A stretch of DNA of 64,000 nucleotides from an uncultured Thermoplasmata archaeon. GTDB taxonomy: Archaea; Thermoplasmatota; Thermoplasmata; UBA10834. Under the pieces are notes generated by a model. It worked only from the letters and a program-made list of their open reading frames with translations, was not told where the DNA came from and ran no database searches. The translations under genes were made by a program, and so were the position numbers. Position 1 is the stretch's first letter; each line of letters begins with the position of its first letter. Location of the stretch: NCBI GenBank assembly GCA_963719945.1, contig CAVRDX010000002.1:32001-96000 (forward strand), written 5' to 3'. Of this stretch, positions 38,119-48,065 are shown piece after piece.

Positions 38119-38859
38119 ATGAACGAGCATGGACCTGCGGATGCATCGAATGAGCAGCTTTCCGATGTCCAATTCAGAAACTACGTACCTGGAGACATAC
38201 TAGCATGCGCGCGGCTCGCAAGAGATGCGTGGCCAGTCAGTCCGGCGGTTATAGCATCCGATGAGCTGGAACTGTCTGGCATGGAGAGCTACATGGAATA
38301 TTCATTGGGCGTCTCCAACTGGGCGGATATCGCATATACGCCAGAGGGTGTTGTCGGCTTCCTTTTCGGAAGAATCGATGGATACCTGGGAAAGGCTGTC
38401 CCCAAGAGGTCGCCTTTCGGAGAACTGTCATCCATAGCGAAATCGATAGTCAACCACGAGCACAGCAGTCTCGCCAGCCTGGGATTCATCTGGAGTCTGA
38501 CTATGACAGAGCTGAAGTTGAAGCTGATGATGCCAAGGTCGGATGCCTCGATAGAGATGTTCATAGTCGGCTCGAATCACAGAGGCAGAGGGATCGGCGG
38601 CGAACTCTTCAAGAGGTACATGAAGACAGCGATAGATTCTGGCTCATCGCTCGTCACGGTATACACCGATGATCAGATGAGCAATTGGAGTTATTACGAG
38701 AAGCGCGGGTTCGAGAGGATCGGCACATTCTATGATAACATAACCTCGCACTACTCCGGCTCTCGCGCACGAGGGATCATCTTCGCACTCGATCTGAGAA
38801 GATGGAACAAAGACGGATGCGAAGTCATCGTCAGTGCCCCGCGTGAGGGGCAGCATTGA
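38119..38859 (+). CDS. GNAT-family N-acetyltransferase
   Basis: HRGRGIGGEL acetyl-CoA motif and YYEKRGF. Confidence 0.85.
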   Translation: MNEHGPADASNEQLSDVQFRNYVPGDILACARLARDAWPVSPAVIASDELELSGMESYMEYSLGVSNWADIAYTPEGVVGFLFGRIDGYLGKAVPKRSPFGELSSIAKSIVNHEHSSLASLGFIWSLTMTELKLKLMMPRSDASIEMFIVGSNHRGRGIGGELFKRYMKTAIDSGSSLVTVYTDDQMSNWSYYEKRGFERIGTFYDNITSHYSGSRARGIIFALDLRRWNKDGCEVIVSAPREGQH

Positions 38860-38980
38860 ATCCGCCAAGAATAGATGGATGCACAATAGCCCTTGGGCTA
38901 TCGCGCACCCAAGTATGGTACGATCTAACTATCAGCATCCAATTCAGAAGAATCCACTGGATCGAATGAATCATCTACGA

Positions 38981-39325
38981 CTAGCCTTTCTTCCGCTTCT
39001 TGGTTTCTAGAACCGACCAGTCCTCTATCTCGCGCAGTATTGTCGTATTCATCGATCCAGGCACGTAGAAATCGTTTTCCTTGACCATCAATCGATCGAT
39101 CACAGGGTTGCTGTATTCCCGGGCGACATCAATATCCTTGAATTTGTTGAACTTCCATATCCAGGTCACATCGTATGGACCTAGGTTGAATGTGGAGCCA
39201 TAGACTCCCACTAGTTTCCATCCTGGTGGCCCTCGCTTCCTGTATGCATCTATATTCTTGCCTACGAAATCCTTATACTCCTTCTCACTCCCCTTCTCCA
39301 AATTGGCGCTCCATAACAATAACAC
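38981..39325 (-). CDS. Small hypothetical protein (possible dimeric alpha+beta barrel)
   Basis: Strong GGAGG RBS; GWKLVGVY..TF.LGPYDV pattern. Confidence 0.65.
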   Translation of the reverse strand: MLLLWSANLEKGSEKEYKDFVGKNIDAYRKRGPPGWKLVGVYGSTFNLGPYDVTWIWKFNKFKDIDVAREYSNPVIDRLMVKENDFYVPGSMNTTILREIEDWSVLETKKRKKG

Positions 39326-39551
39326 GATTTTCCTCCCCCTCCTCGAACCACACTTCGAGGCTCCTTATCTATGCACATGAACGGCTATTTATCGTTTCTC
39401 GGGAGGCGCAACGACAAGTGACGATTTCGCGGGGTAGTGTTTCGGCGTCAACGATACAGACATCAGACTAGCCATCATCTCGATTGCAGATGATGAAAGA
39501 GATTGAAGGTTCATACCCTTGCAATCGGACGGGGTCTGTTGTCAACATCGA

Positions 39552-40184
39552 TCACGATACAGCCCTATCAACTGAGGTGACGATGGAATTCCATCCAGAA
39601 CTCAGGTTCCCATCACATTGATAATGTACGTAATCAGCACCCACATTCCCGTACACATAGCTATGACTGAACACGATTCCGAACATGACGTCGCTGACAT
39701 TGGAGTATACATTGGAATGGTGGATTGCGCCGTATGGATTCGTCATGCTGAGAAAGGAATACTGAGTGAAATTCTCCCAGGGACCAGGGAGTCCAGACTT
39801 GACATTCAGGGTCACAATCACCACTCCGCTACCGATGACTTCCAAGGCTTCCCCGTATTGATCCGTCACCTGCCGCACCTCGACGCCCCATGAACCACGC
39901 AGGTAATGCAACGATACGATGCTGATATTGCCCTCGACATTCGCAGGGAACGGGCACAGTACCTTATACGGACCAGATGAATTGCACGCGATTGTGGCCA
40001 CGTAATCGTAGCTCACATAAGGATCGAATCCGAAGAGATCCTTTTCTTCCAAGTAGAATTCGTACAGAGAAAACATGGACAAAACAACTACGATAACCAG
40101 GGTTATCGCAATCACACGATTCTTCCTACGGTTCGACCATCGGATAGCGCGGCCTTCGGACGATTCAGGGCTTTTGGCCTCCAT
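39552..40184 (-). CDS. Membrane-anchored hypothetical protein
   Basis: Basic N-terminus, single TM, GAGGT RBS. Confidence 0.65.
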   Translation of the reverse strand: MEAKSPESSEGRAIRWSNRRKNRVIAITLVIVVVLSMFSLYEFYLEEKDLFGFDPYVSYDYVATIACNSSGPYKVLCPFPANVEGNISIVSLHYLRGSWGVEVRQVTDQYGEALEVIGSGVVIVTLNVKSGLPGPWENFTQYSFLSMTNPYGAIHHSNVYSNVSDVMFGIVFSHSYVYGNVGADYVHYQCDGNLSSGWNSIVTSVDRAVS

Positions 40185-40271
40185 GAACGAACCTCATCGT
40201 TTGAAGCAATACAGAGCTATAGGATTCTTTCTGTCCGATGTTTGACCGCCGAGTAAGATGCTGAATCATCG

Positions 40272-40730
40272 TCAAGCGTAATAGCGCCTAACATTCCCCA
40301 TGCTCAAAACCACAATGATCAACATCTGCATGATGAGCCATACATAAGTGAACGGAAATACTCCGATCAGCACGACCTCAATGGACATCCATATGATCTC
40401 GACCGCAGAGATGGCCAACGCCCCCGTCCAGGCCCAATGCCTCAGAGATATCTTCTTCATGGGTCTAGCTAGGGCCATATCGCTCTTCGTGATGAGACCC
40501 CATGCAGCTATCAGCGGGCATATGCCGAAGCCGACGAGCAAGAAGATACCGACCAAGAAGAAATCGCTGATAGGAAGACCTTCCAGGACATCAGTATTCA
40601 ACCCAAGGGATGCTCCTGATGGCGCTGACATGAGTGCGAGTCCGCTAGCCAATCCCATGAATCCGTTGAACAGCTCCAGACCTATGACCGCCTTCACGGT
40701 CCCTGGTCTACTCCCATGAATCATGCCCAT
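40272..40730 (-). CDS. Hypothetical 4-TM membrane protein
   Basis: P.G..LGL...LEG.PISDF...GIFL motif with 4 TMs. Confidence 0.7.
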   Translation of the reverse strand: MGMIHGSRPGTVKAVIGLELFNGFMGLASGLALMSAPSGASLGLNTDVLEGLPISDFFLVGIFLLVGFGICPLIAAWGLITKSDMALARPMKKISLRHWAWTGALAISAVEIIWMSIEVVLIGVFPFTYVWLIMQMLIIVVLSMGNVRRYYA

Positions 40731-40849
40731 GACGACTCATCCATGGAGATATCAATAATTCTCTTTTCCGGTCGATAAGGGAGGTTTGAGGAATGTGCGT
40801 ATGAACAGCTGCTAGTTCAGAATGCACTGAAGACCGTTGAGAAAAAGGG

Positions 40850-41470
40850 TTAGTCGTCATTGTCTGTCTCTGATGGAAGGTCGATACCGACTGCGGCTTC
40901 TGGTCGGGACTGACGAGGTTTCCTGGTCTGACGGTATAGTACTGCGACAAGGACGATCATTGCTGCGCCAAGTAAGATGAACGGTGTCATCATGACCGTA
41001 GAAGCTCCCTCTTCCGCAGAGCCGCTCCGATTAGACGCGTATTCACTCGATTCATCCATGGGAAGCAGGCCAGACAGAGAGTCGTTGCCACTACTATACA
41101 TGATGGCCGCGGCGATGTACAGCGCCAATACCAAGCCTAATATCCAAAAGGCCGAGAGCAGTATCACGATCTTCGTGTTCTCGTTTGGCGATAGCAGATC
41201 CCGCGATTTCCATGTGAGCCCGTAATAGACGAAGCCATGGTCCTCATGGCGCTTCACGAGCCCGCCCTCTTCGAGTTTCTTGAGATGCCGGTGTACCCCA
41301 GCCTTATCCATGCTCAGCTCTTCGGAGAGCTGAGATACGGTCCTGCGCATCGGCTGGAGCGATCTCAGGATCTCGAGCCTGGTATCTGAAGCGAGAGCCA
41401 TTAAAGACTTCTTGTCGAGTTCCACCCGCATTCTAGACCTACCAGAATCGAGTATGGAGTCCTGCATCAT
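40850..41470 (-). CDS. ArsR-type HTH regulator fused to two TM helices
   Basis: ALASDTRLEILRSL..TVSQLS..L.MDK..VHRHLKKLEEGGLV then 2 TMs. Confidence 0.8.
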   Translation of the reverse strand: MMQDSILDSGRSRMRVELDKKSLMALASDTRLEILRSLQPMRRTVSQLSEELSMDKAGVHRHLKKLEEGGLVKRHEDHGFVYYGLTWKSRDLLSPNENTKIVILLSAFWILGLVLALYIAAAIMYSSGNDSLSGLLPMDESSEYASNRSGSAEEGASTVMMTPFILLGAAMIVLVAVLYRQTRKPRQSRPEAAVGIDLPSETDNDD

Positions 41471-41502
41471 TAATGTGGCTCTCGCGTCATCTATTTCGCT
41501 GG

Positions 41503-43362
41503 TCAGGTCCGAACACCTTCGGCATATATCGTGTAATAGTCAGTTTCAACATAGTACAGAAGGAATGCCTCTTGGGCAAGGTCGTTCAGCGAGCTCGCCT
41601 TGATCGAATGGTATGAGATGGTGTACAGACTATCCTCGATGTACAGTGATCGGACCACCCAATCATACGAGTAGACATCATCATTCGAGATCTTGCCCTT
41701 CAGAGAAATGCCATCGGTCAGGGAGATAGTGAAGACATATGCGCCCGTCCACGAAGAACTTCCCAACATATCGTAGATGTATACGCACATCGGAAGTACG
41801 AGCAACTCCCGTTCAAGGTCGAACAATACCGCCTTGTGGTCGTACATCGCATTGGTCCATGAGGAAGCCTCCACGAGATAAGTGCTCTGTTCGACGGGGG
41901 TCGCGGGGTTCGAGACATTGAACATAGTGACCTTGACGGAGCCGTTCTCGGAGCCTATCCCCAGCACATGGTCTGCATCCACAGGATGCAGGTATGAAGA
42001 GAACCCTGGGACTTTGAGTTCCCCGACTATCGCAGGCGCGGCGGGCTCGCTCAGGTCGATTATGAAGAGCGGATCGATCTGTAGGAACGTGACCAGGTAC
42101 AGCGTTTCGCCGATATACCTCGCAGAATAGATCCGCTCCGTAGGTGCGATGTGTTCGAGCGAACCGACAACATCAAGGTCCGAATCGAGGACATATATGG
42201 CGTTCTCGGGGTTGATCCACGAAGTGGTTGTCGCGACCCTGAGGTAGCCATCGTACTCGTCCATTGAGAACTGGTTGAGAAGCCATCCCGTGACCTCGCC
42301 TCCGGCAACAACGGCCATTGTGAGATCATCGATGAATATCCTGTAGATGCTCGTCCTGGCGGTCCACTCATCCACGGGATCTATCAGGGAATCGACTGCG
42401 AAGATGGAGCCGGTCCACTTCGGTATGGTGAGATACAATGCGTCCATAGACATGTACACCGTGGATGCGTACCCAGCCATAATGGCCATGTACTCGTGCT
42501 CACCGTTCACGACGTCCACCGATAGGAGGTTGATGTACGAACTAGCATCGGGTGTGCCCGGGTCGAACAGGATGTCATCGATCGCGAACTCTTCGCTGAC
42601 GCCATTCGTCCAAAGGCGAGGCAAGTAGGGGGTATCATCCATTATCCACGCGTGCATCTGCGAGACCAGGTACAGGTTCCCGTCGACCATCCTTGATGTC
42701 AGTCCGTATCCGGAGATGCCATATGAGAACTCCATAACAGGATTGTACACATCCGACACATCGACCACGGTCACCATCGCGAATTGGTTCATTATCGTCG
42801 CATAGAGCTGGTCCGCATAATCATCATTGTAATCCAAGTAGGACTGATAATACAAGTCCCACACGACCACCAGTTTGTGATCGAACAGGTACAGTCCGGA
42901 GACATGCACCCCAAAATTATCCCATGAATAACCAGACATCTCTATGAGGTCAATCGTGGAAGCATTGGCCATCTCGTCGGATGGATAAGCCTTCACTATG
43001 CTGATGGAGCAATAGGAAGCGACATAGATGTACTCGCCATCGGTCTTGACCATGTCGGCCTCGTCCACGCCCGCGACCTGGACGTTAGTCTCTGAGTACG
43101 AGGATCCGGCGTCACCGTATGATTCGTCAGCAGTGATCGGCAGCCTCGTGTCCCCGGTGTAATATGCACTGCCATTGGCGATCGATTCCGAACTTTTCAG
43201 GAAGTCCTCGAGCTCCTGCTTCGATGAGAATGAGATTAGAACTCCATCGTCATATGCATGATGATCATCCGATCCAATGGAAAATGCGTATATGATGGTA
43301 GCTGAGACTAACACTGTCGCTGCGATGCATACGGATAACGCGATCTTCAGATAATCATTCAT
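41503..43362 (-). CDS. Secreted/anchored beta-propeller domain protein (Beta_propel family)
   Basis: TNVQVAGVDEADMVKTDG.YIY, LNQFSMDEY.GYLRVATT, LKVPGFSSYLHP. Confidence 0.9.
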   Translation of the reverse strand: MNDYLKIALSVCIAATVLVSATIIYAFSIGSDDHHAYDDGVLISFSSKQELEDFLKSSESIANGSAYYTGDTRLPITADESYGDAGSSYSETNVQVAGVDEADMVKTDGEYIYVASYCSISIVKAYPSDEMANASTIDLIEMSGYSWDNFGVHVSGLYLFDHKLVVVWDLYYQSYLDYNDDYADQLYATIMNQFAMVTVVDVSDVYNPVMEFSYGISGYGLTSRMVDGNLYLVSQMHAWIMDDTPYLPRLWTNGVSEEFAIDDILFDPGTPDASSYINLLSVDVVNGEHEYMAIMAGYASTVYMSMDALYLTIPKWTGSIFAVDSLIDPVDEWTARTSIYRIFIDDLTMAVVAGGEVTGWLLNQFSMDEYDGYLRVATTTSWINPENAIYVLDSDLDVVGSLEHIAPTERIYSARYIGETLYLVTFLQIDPLFIIDLSEPAAPAIVGELKVPGFSSYLHPVDADHVLGIGSENGSVKVTMFNVSNPATPVEQSTYLVEASSWTNAMYDHKAVLFDLERELLVLPMCVYIYDMLGSSSWTGAYVFTISLTDGISLKGKISNDDVYSYDWVVRSLYIEDSLYTISYHSIKASSLNDLAQEAFLLYYVETDYYTIYAEGVRT

Positions 43363-43496
43363 CGTGATCGATAAGACTAGTCATCTAGAGACTATATCAA
43401 TGCCATTTTCGCGTTGTCTTTCGAGTCAACAATCCTTGTCTTCCGATGACAACAGGCCAAATGGAAATATAAGGCTGCATTAACGTTAAGGATGCA

Positions 43497-44396
43497 ATGA
43501 AGACTAGGGCAGTCAAGAGCGTCCTGAGGAGCATGCCGACGATAGAAGGAGCGGGTGTCCATCTCAGAAGGGGGTTTGGCCCACATGAAGCGCACCTGGC
43601 GGATCCATTCCTGCTTCTCGATCACTTCCAATCGGAGAACCATTCGGACTACACCGCTGGATTCCCATGGCACCCTCATAGAGGGATAGAGACCGTCACA
43701 TACATGGTCCGAGGGACGATCGAACATGAAGACAGTCTGGGGAATAAGGGAGTGATAGAATCCGGCGACGTCCAGTGGATGACCGCTGGGAGCGGCATCC
43801 TCCATCAGGAGATGCCAAAACCTTATGCAGGAGATCTGCTGGGATTCCAACTCTGGGTGAACCTGCCCGCGTCCAAGAAGATGAGGGAGCCTCGATACAG
43901 GGAGATCAAAGCGAACCAGATACCCGCATATTCTGCCTCCGACGGAGTGGAGATCAGGATCATCGCGGGGAACCTGAACGGAATAAGAGGACCGGTCAGA
44001 GATCTTGTGGCAGACATCGCGTATCTCGATGTCACTCTTGAGGGAGATCGAGAATTAGCGCAAGAGGTCGATCCTATGAATTCGTGTGTCGCATATGTCT
44101 TCGAAGGTGAGGGACTCTTCTCCGAGGAAGCAGTCCGCGTATCACATGGCAACACCGTCTTCTTCAATGAAGGCAACAGCATCAAGGCCAAATCTGACAA
44201 AACGGGTATGCGGCTCCTGCTCATTATGGGACGAGCGCTGAGGGAACCGATCGCATGGGGCGGACCGATAGTGATGAACAAGCAGGGCGAGCTGGATCAG
44301 GCGTTCGATGAACTCAGGAATGGCACTTTCATAAAATCAGAACAGCCGTCATATCCCAGCCGCCTGCATTCCTTCCACGGCCCCATGAAGGTTTGA
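43497..44396 (+). CDS. Pirin family protein
   Basis: DPFLLLDH, GFPWHPHRGIETVTY, VQWMTAGSGILHQE, QLWVNLP. Confidence 0.95.
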   Translation: MKTRAVKSVLRSMPTIEGAGVHLRRGFGPHEAHLADPFLLLDHFQSENHSDYTAGFPWHPHRGIETVTYMVRGTIEHEDSLGNKGVIESGDVQWMTAGSGILHQEMPKPYAGDLLGFQLWVNLPASKKMREPRYREIKANQIPAYSASDGVEIRIIAGNLNGIRGPVRDLVADIAYLDVTLEGDRELAQEVDPMNSCVAYVFEGEGLFSEEAVRVSHGNTVFFNEGNSIKAKSDKTGMRLLLIMGRALREPIAWGGPIVMNKQGELDQAFDELRNGTFIKSEQPSYPSRLHSFHGPMKV

Positions 44397-44460
44397 CAAA
44401 GAAATGGAAAATGGTTTGAAGTTCATTGATCGTGGTTCTGCAATCACAGAATACTGACCA

Positions 44461-44973
44461 TCACTCGAAGCCGATCCACATTGTGTAAGTGCCCACCTCC
44501 GCAACGTTGTCCAAATGTGCGCTGCCGTATCCGACGACGTTGGCGAAGTCATCAGTCCCACCGACAAGTTCGAAGTGAATCTCGAATGATTCGAAGCTAG
44601 TGTCCCCCTTGACAATCGCCCTCATATCGATAGAGCCCTCGAGACCTTCCCAGTCATCAACATTGAGCGTACCCCACTCATCCACGGTCACCAATCCGCT
44701 ATTCATATGCACGATTATCTCAATGGAGGAGATTGAATCGCCGACGATATCTCCTGACCATTCCCACGTCTTGTCGTCAACGGTATAGAATTCATTCACG
44801 CCACCATGCTCTAGTTGAACCATTTCCGGATCATTTGGGTTCTGGAACGTCCCTTCCGCCTTGGTCAGTTCTACATCTGGCAGATTGCAGTCAGAAGTGC
44901 ACGAAGTCGCTGGCATGGAAAACATCAGTGCGGCAATCAGGGTGCTGACGACCGCCAAAGCTATTCTCTTCAT
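44461..44973 (-). CDS. Secreted hypothetical protein
   Basis: GGAGGAGGTGA RBS; signal peptide; acidic beta-rich body. Confidence 0.7.
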   Translation of the reverse strand: MKRIALAVVSTLIAALMFSMPATSCTSDCNLPDVELTKAEGTFQNPNDPEMVQLEHGGVNEFYTVDDKTWEWSGDIVGDSISSIEIIVHMNSGLVTVDEWGTLNVDDWEGLEGSIDMRAIVKGDTSFESFEIHFELVGGTDDFANVVGYGSAHLDNVAEVGTYTMWIGFE

Positions 44974-45162
44974 ATCTCACCTCCTCCTCGAACCACCCGC
45001 TGAGGTGACGTATCTATGGTCGAGTCATCGTATTTCTTCATTTCCAAATGGATGAACGACGCATGCCGATGCGTTCGAACACGGCGCCGTTCCGAGTATC
45101 GCTGAATCGAGATCTACAGAGGATAGCTGGATTCAATAATCCTAATGAACCGATCAGACTGC

Positions 45163-45513
45163 TCAATCCGACTCCTCACCCAGCTCAGCAGTAGAATGCG
45201 AGAATAATCTGTCACCTTCGAACCAGTTGATATGAAGTCTGTGCTGAACATAGAGCAATGGCACCAGTATGAGGATGGAAATGAACAATCCTTGACGGCC
45301 CATCAGTTCTATCATGGCAATAGGTATCAGGATAGTATCAACCATCACGCATCCGACGATATATCCGGTCCTAAGGATTTCGACTCTGAGAGGTCTCGCC
45401 ATGGATTGTCTGATCGATTCCCTGCGGCGCATCGAAGCACGCTTGATGATACCGTCGAACTTGGCAATGGCCGCCTGGAACCTGCCGTTCCGCACATCAG
45501 TTTCCGGATTCAT
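45163..45513 (-). CDS. Small 2-TM membrane protein, last gene of the peptide ABC operon
   Basis: ATGA overlap with the oppF stop; two hydrophobic helices. Confidence 0.6.
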   Translation of the reverse strand: MNPETDVRNGRFQAAIAKFDGIIKRASMRRRESIRQSMARPLRVEILRTGYIVGCVMVDTILIPIAMIELMGRQGLFISILILVPLLYVQHRLHINWFEGDRLFSHSTAELGEESD

Positions 45514-46520
45514 TTCGAGCCCCCCGTCAGCGGGAAATGACATGCCACAAAGTGATTTGGCGCGATCTCTCTGAACAAAGGCTCCTCATCTCTGCATCTC
45601 TCGGTTGCCTCCCAGCAGCGAGGGTGGAACCTGCATCCTGATGGGGGGTCCATCGGGCTCGGGACCTCACCGGTGAGCATCTTGCGTTCCCTCTTTGCAT
45701 CCGGATCGGCTATGGGCACAGCCGAGAGCAACGCGAGCGAATATGGATGGGCGGGTGTCACGAACAGCTTCTCGGTCATAGCGAGCTCTACCAGCTTACC
45801 AGCGTACATGACGGCAACGCGGTCGCTGATGTGGAAGATCACGTTGAGGTTGTGGGTTATGAAGATATAGGTGAGACCGAGGGATCTCTGCAGGTCCATG
45901 AGCAGGTTGAGGACCTGCGCCTGAACCGAGACATCGAGAGCGGAGGTGGGTTCGTCGAGTATCAACATAGTCGGTTTCAGCGCGAGCGCGCGCGCCACGT
46001 TGATCCGCTGCCTCTGACCGCCGCTGAATTCGTGAGGGAACCTGTTAAGATGTTCCTTCTTCAACCCCACGATCTCCAGGAGTTCGAGGACCTTCTGCGT
46101 CAGCTCTTCACCCTTTGCAAGACCATAGACAATCAATGGCTCCCCGATGATGTTCTTGATCGTCATGCGTGGATCGAGAGCGCTCAACGGGTCCTGGAAC
46201 ACCATCTGCATGTTTCGTCTGGCCTCCCTGAGCAGTTTGGGAGAGTAATGGGTCATGTCACCTCCCATGAAGACTACAGTCCCAGAGGTCGGAGGAACCA
46301 GTCGCATGACAAGCCTCGCAAGGGTCGACTTTCCACATCCAGACTCGCCCACGATACCGAGAGTCTCTCCTCGGTCAACGAAGAATTCGACTCTATCCAC
46401 CGCTCTAATCTCACCTTTGATGGTCGAGAACAATCCCCCTCTGATCGGGAAGCTCTTGCTCAGGTCTGTCGCGGAGAGGAGATGCTCTTCGGCATCGAAC
46501 GATTCATCAGCTCTGGTCAT
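45510..46520 (-). CDS. oppF: Oligopeptide/dipeptide ABC transporter ATP-binding subunit
   Basis: GESGCGKST, FSGGQRQR, ILDEPT, GCRFHPRC oligo_HPY tail (Opp vs Dpp not distinguishable). Confidence 0.92.
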   Translation of the reverse strand: MTRADESFDAEEHLLSATDLSKSFPIRGGLFSTIKGEIRAVDRVEFFVDRGETLGIVGESGCGKSTLARLVMRLVPPTSGTVVFMGGDMTHYSPKLLREARRNMQMVFQDPLSALDPRMTIKNIIGEPLIVYGLAKGEELTQKVLELLEIVGLKKEHLNRFPHEFSGGQRQRINVARALALKPTMLILDEPTSALDVSVQAQVLNLLMDLQRSLGLTYIFITHNLNVIFHISDRVAVMYAGKLVELAMTEKLFVTPAHPYSLALLSAVPIADPDAKRERKMLTGEVPSPMDPPSGCRFHPRCWEATERCRDEEPLFREIAPNHFVACHFPLTGGSK

Positions 46521-48058
46521 TCGTGTCTCACCTCCTGACTGTAAGGAACCGGGTTATGACAAGCCACGAGATGTCCGGGGAGGACCTCGTTCAGCGGCGG
46601 CATCTCGCTCCTGCATTTCTCAAGCGCACGGTCGCACCTCGGATGGAATCTGCAACCAGGTGGTGGCTTGAGAAGATTCGGGACACTGCCAGGAATTACA
46701 TAGAGCGGCTTCTTCCGCTCCTGCATATGCGATTGACCGATCTTGGGGATCGATTTGAGGAGGGCGCTGGTGTATGGATGCGTCGGGTGCGCGAATATCT
46801 CTTTCGTGGCCGATAGTTCCACGATATAGCCTGCATACATGATGGCCACCCTGTGGCATGTCTCGGCTATCACACCAAGGTCATGGGTTATCAGTAGAAT
46901 GGAGGTGTTCTTCTTCTTCTGAAGCTCGCGCATGAGCGCGAGTATCTGTGCCTCCACCGTCACATCCAGTGCGGTCGTAGGCTCGTCCGCGATAAGAAGC
47001 TCAGGCTCGCATGACATCATCATAGCTATCATTGCCCTCTGACGCATGCCGCCGCTGAGTTCGAAAGGATAACTTCGCACCACCCTCTCAGGCTCCGCGA
47101 TCTTGACCTCACGCAACGCGCCCTCCGAACGCATCGTCTTGGCCATTGCCAAACGCCTCTCGAATCTCCGGGAAACTGGATTGGAACGGACCAGGTATGA
47201 CCAGGTATTGTTCTGATTCACCTTCATGGCCTTGTAGTACCTGAGAGCTATTCTGTAAAAGGCCCTGCGCATCGCCGCTGGGAGCCTCGGGGAAAGTCTG
47301 GCGCCACAGCCCACGCATGAGTGCCAATCAGTCCTCGTAGGGGCTCCGCATAACGAGCAGGCCTCGTATTCCTTCGCCGTCTTGTCCGCAATACCAGTCA
47401 CACTGCTCGATGCCGTCTTCTGCATCTTCCTCGTCGCCACCTTGCCAGCCGAGAAAGCCTCCATCTCTCGATCAAGCTGACTCAGAACATCATCCATCAA
47501 CAGATCTAGCTGGTGAAGCTCGAGTGTCTCGCCAATCTGATCGCCAATGGTGTATGATGGGTTCAATGCGGTCATCGGCTCCTGGAAGACCATCGACATC
47601 CTGGCGCCACGGATCCTGTTCAGTTCGGTCTTGGATTTCAGGAGGAGATCATACGAGTGCTCGAGAGCGTCCAGGTGGTTGTTGACCTCGGTCCTCTTCG
47701 GCCTGTTCTCATCCCCTTTGAGGGAACCCAACTGCTTCTCGAGCGACTCGATCTCTTTCTTCCTGCCCTCAGCGTCGTTCTCGAATCGTAGGTCATACTC
47801 CTTACGAAGAGCGGTGGCTTTCGCAGGCTCACCTAGGAATATCCTTCCCGCCTCCACATTCCCCGGTGGACTCTGGACCAACCCCATTATGGTGAGCGCT
47901 GTGACCGACTTGCCGCATCCTGTCTCCCCTACGAGACCCATGGTCTCCCCGGTGCGGACTTCCATGTCTATGCCTTCGAGGGCCTTGACGACACCCTCGT
48001 ATGTGTGGAAGTATGTCTTCAGGCCCTCGATCCTCAACAACACTTCATCATCGACCAT
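46517..48058 (-). CDS. oppD: Oligopeptide/dipeptide ABC transporter ATP-binding subunit with large insertions
   Basis: GETGCGKSVT, LSGGMRQR, ADEPTTALDVT, GCRFHPRC; AGGAGGTGA RBS. Confidence 0.9.
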   Translation of the reverse strand: MVDDEVLLRIEGLKTYFHTYEGVVKALEGIDMEVRTGETMGLVGETGCGKSVTALTIMGLVQSPPGNVEAGRIFLGEPAKATALRKEYDLRFENDAEGRKKEIESLEKQLGSLKGDENRPKRTEVNNHLDALEHSYDLLLKSKTELNRIRGARMSMVFQEPMTALNPSYTIGDQIGETLELHQLDLLMDDVLSQLDREMEAFSAGKVATRKMQKTASSSVTGIADKTAKEYEACSLCGAPTRTDWHSCVGCGARLSPRLPAAMRRAFYRIALRYYKAMKVNQNNTWSYLVRSNPVSRRFERRLAMAKTMRSEGALREVKIAEPERVVRSYPFELSGGMRQRAMIAMMMSCEPELLIADEPTTALDVTVEAQILALMRELQKKKNTSILLITHDLGVIAETCHRVAIMYAGYIVELSATKEIFAHPTHPYTSALLKSIPKIGQSHMQERKKPLYVIPGSVPNLLKPPPGCRFHPRCDRALEKCRSEMPPLNEVLPGHLVACHNPVPYSQEVRHE

Positions 48059-48065
48059 CCAGACA

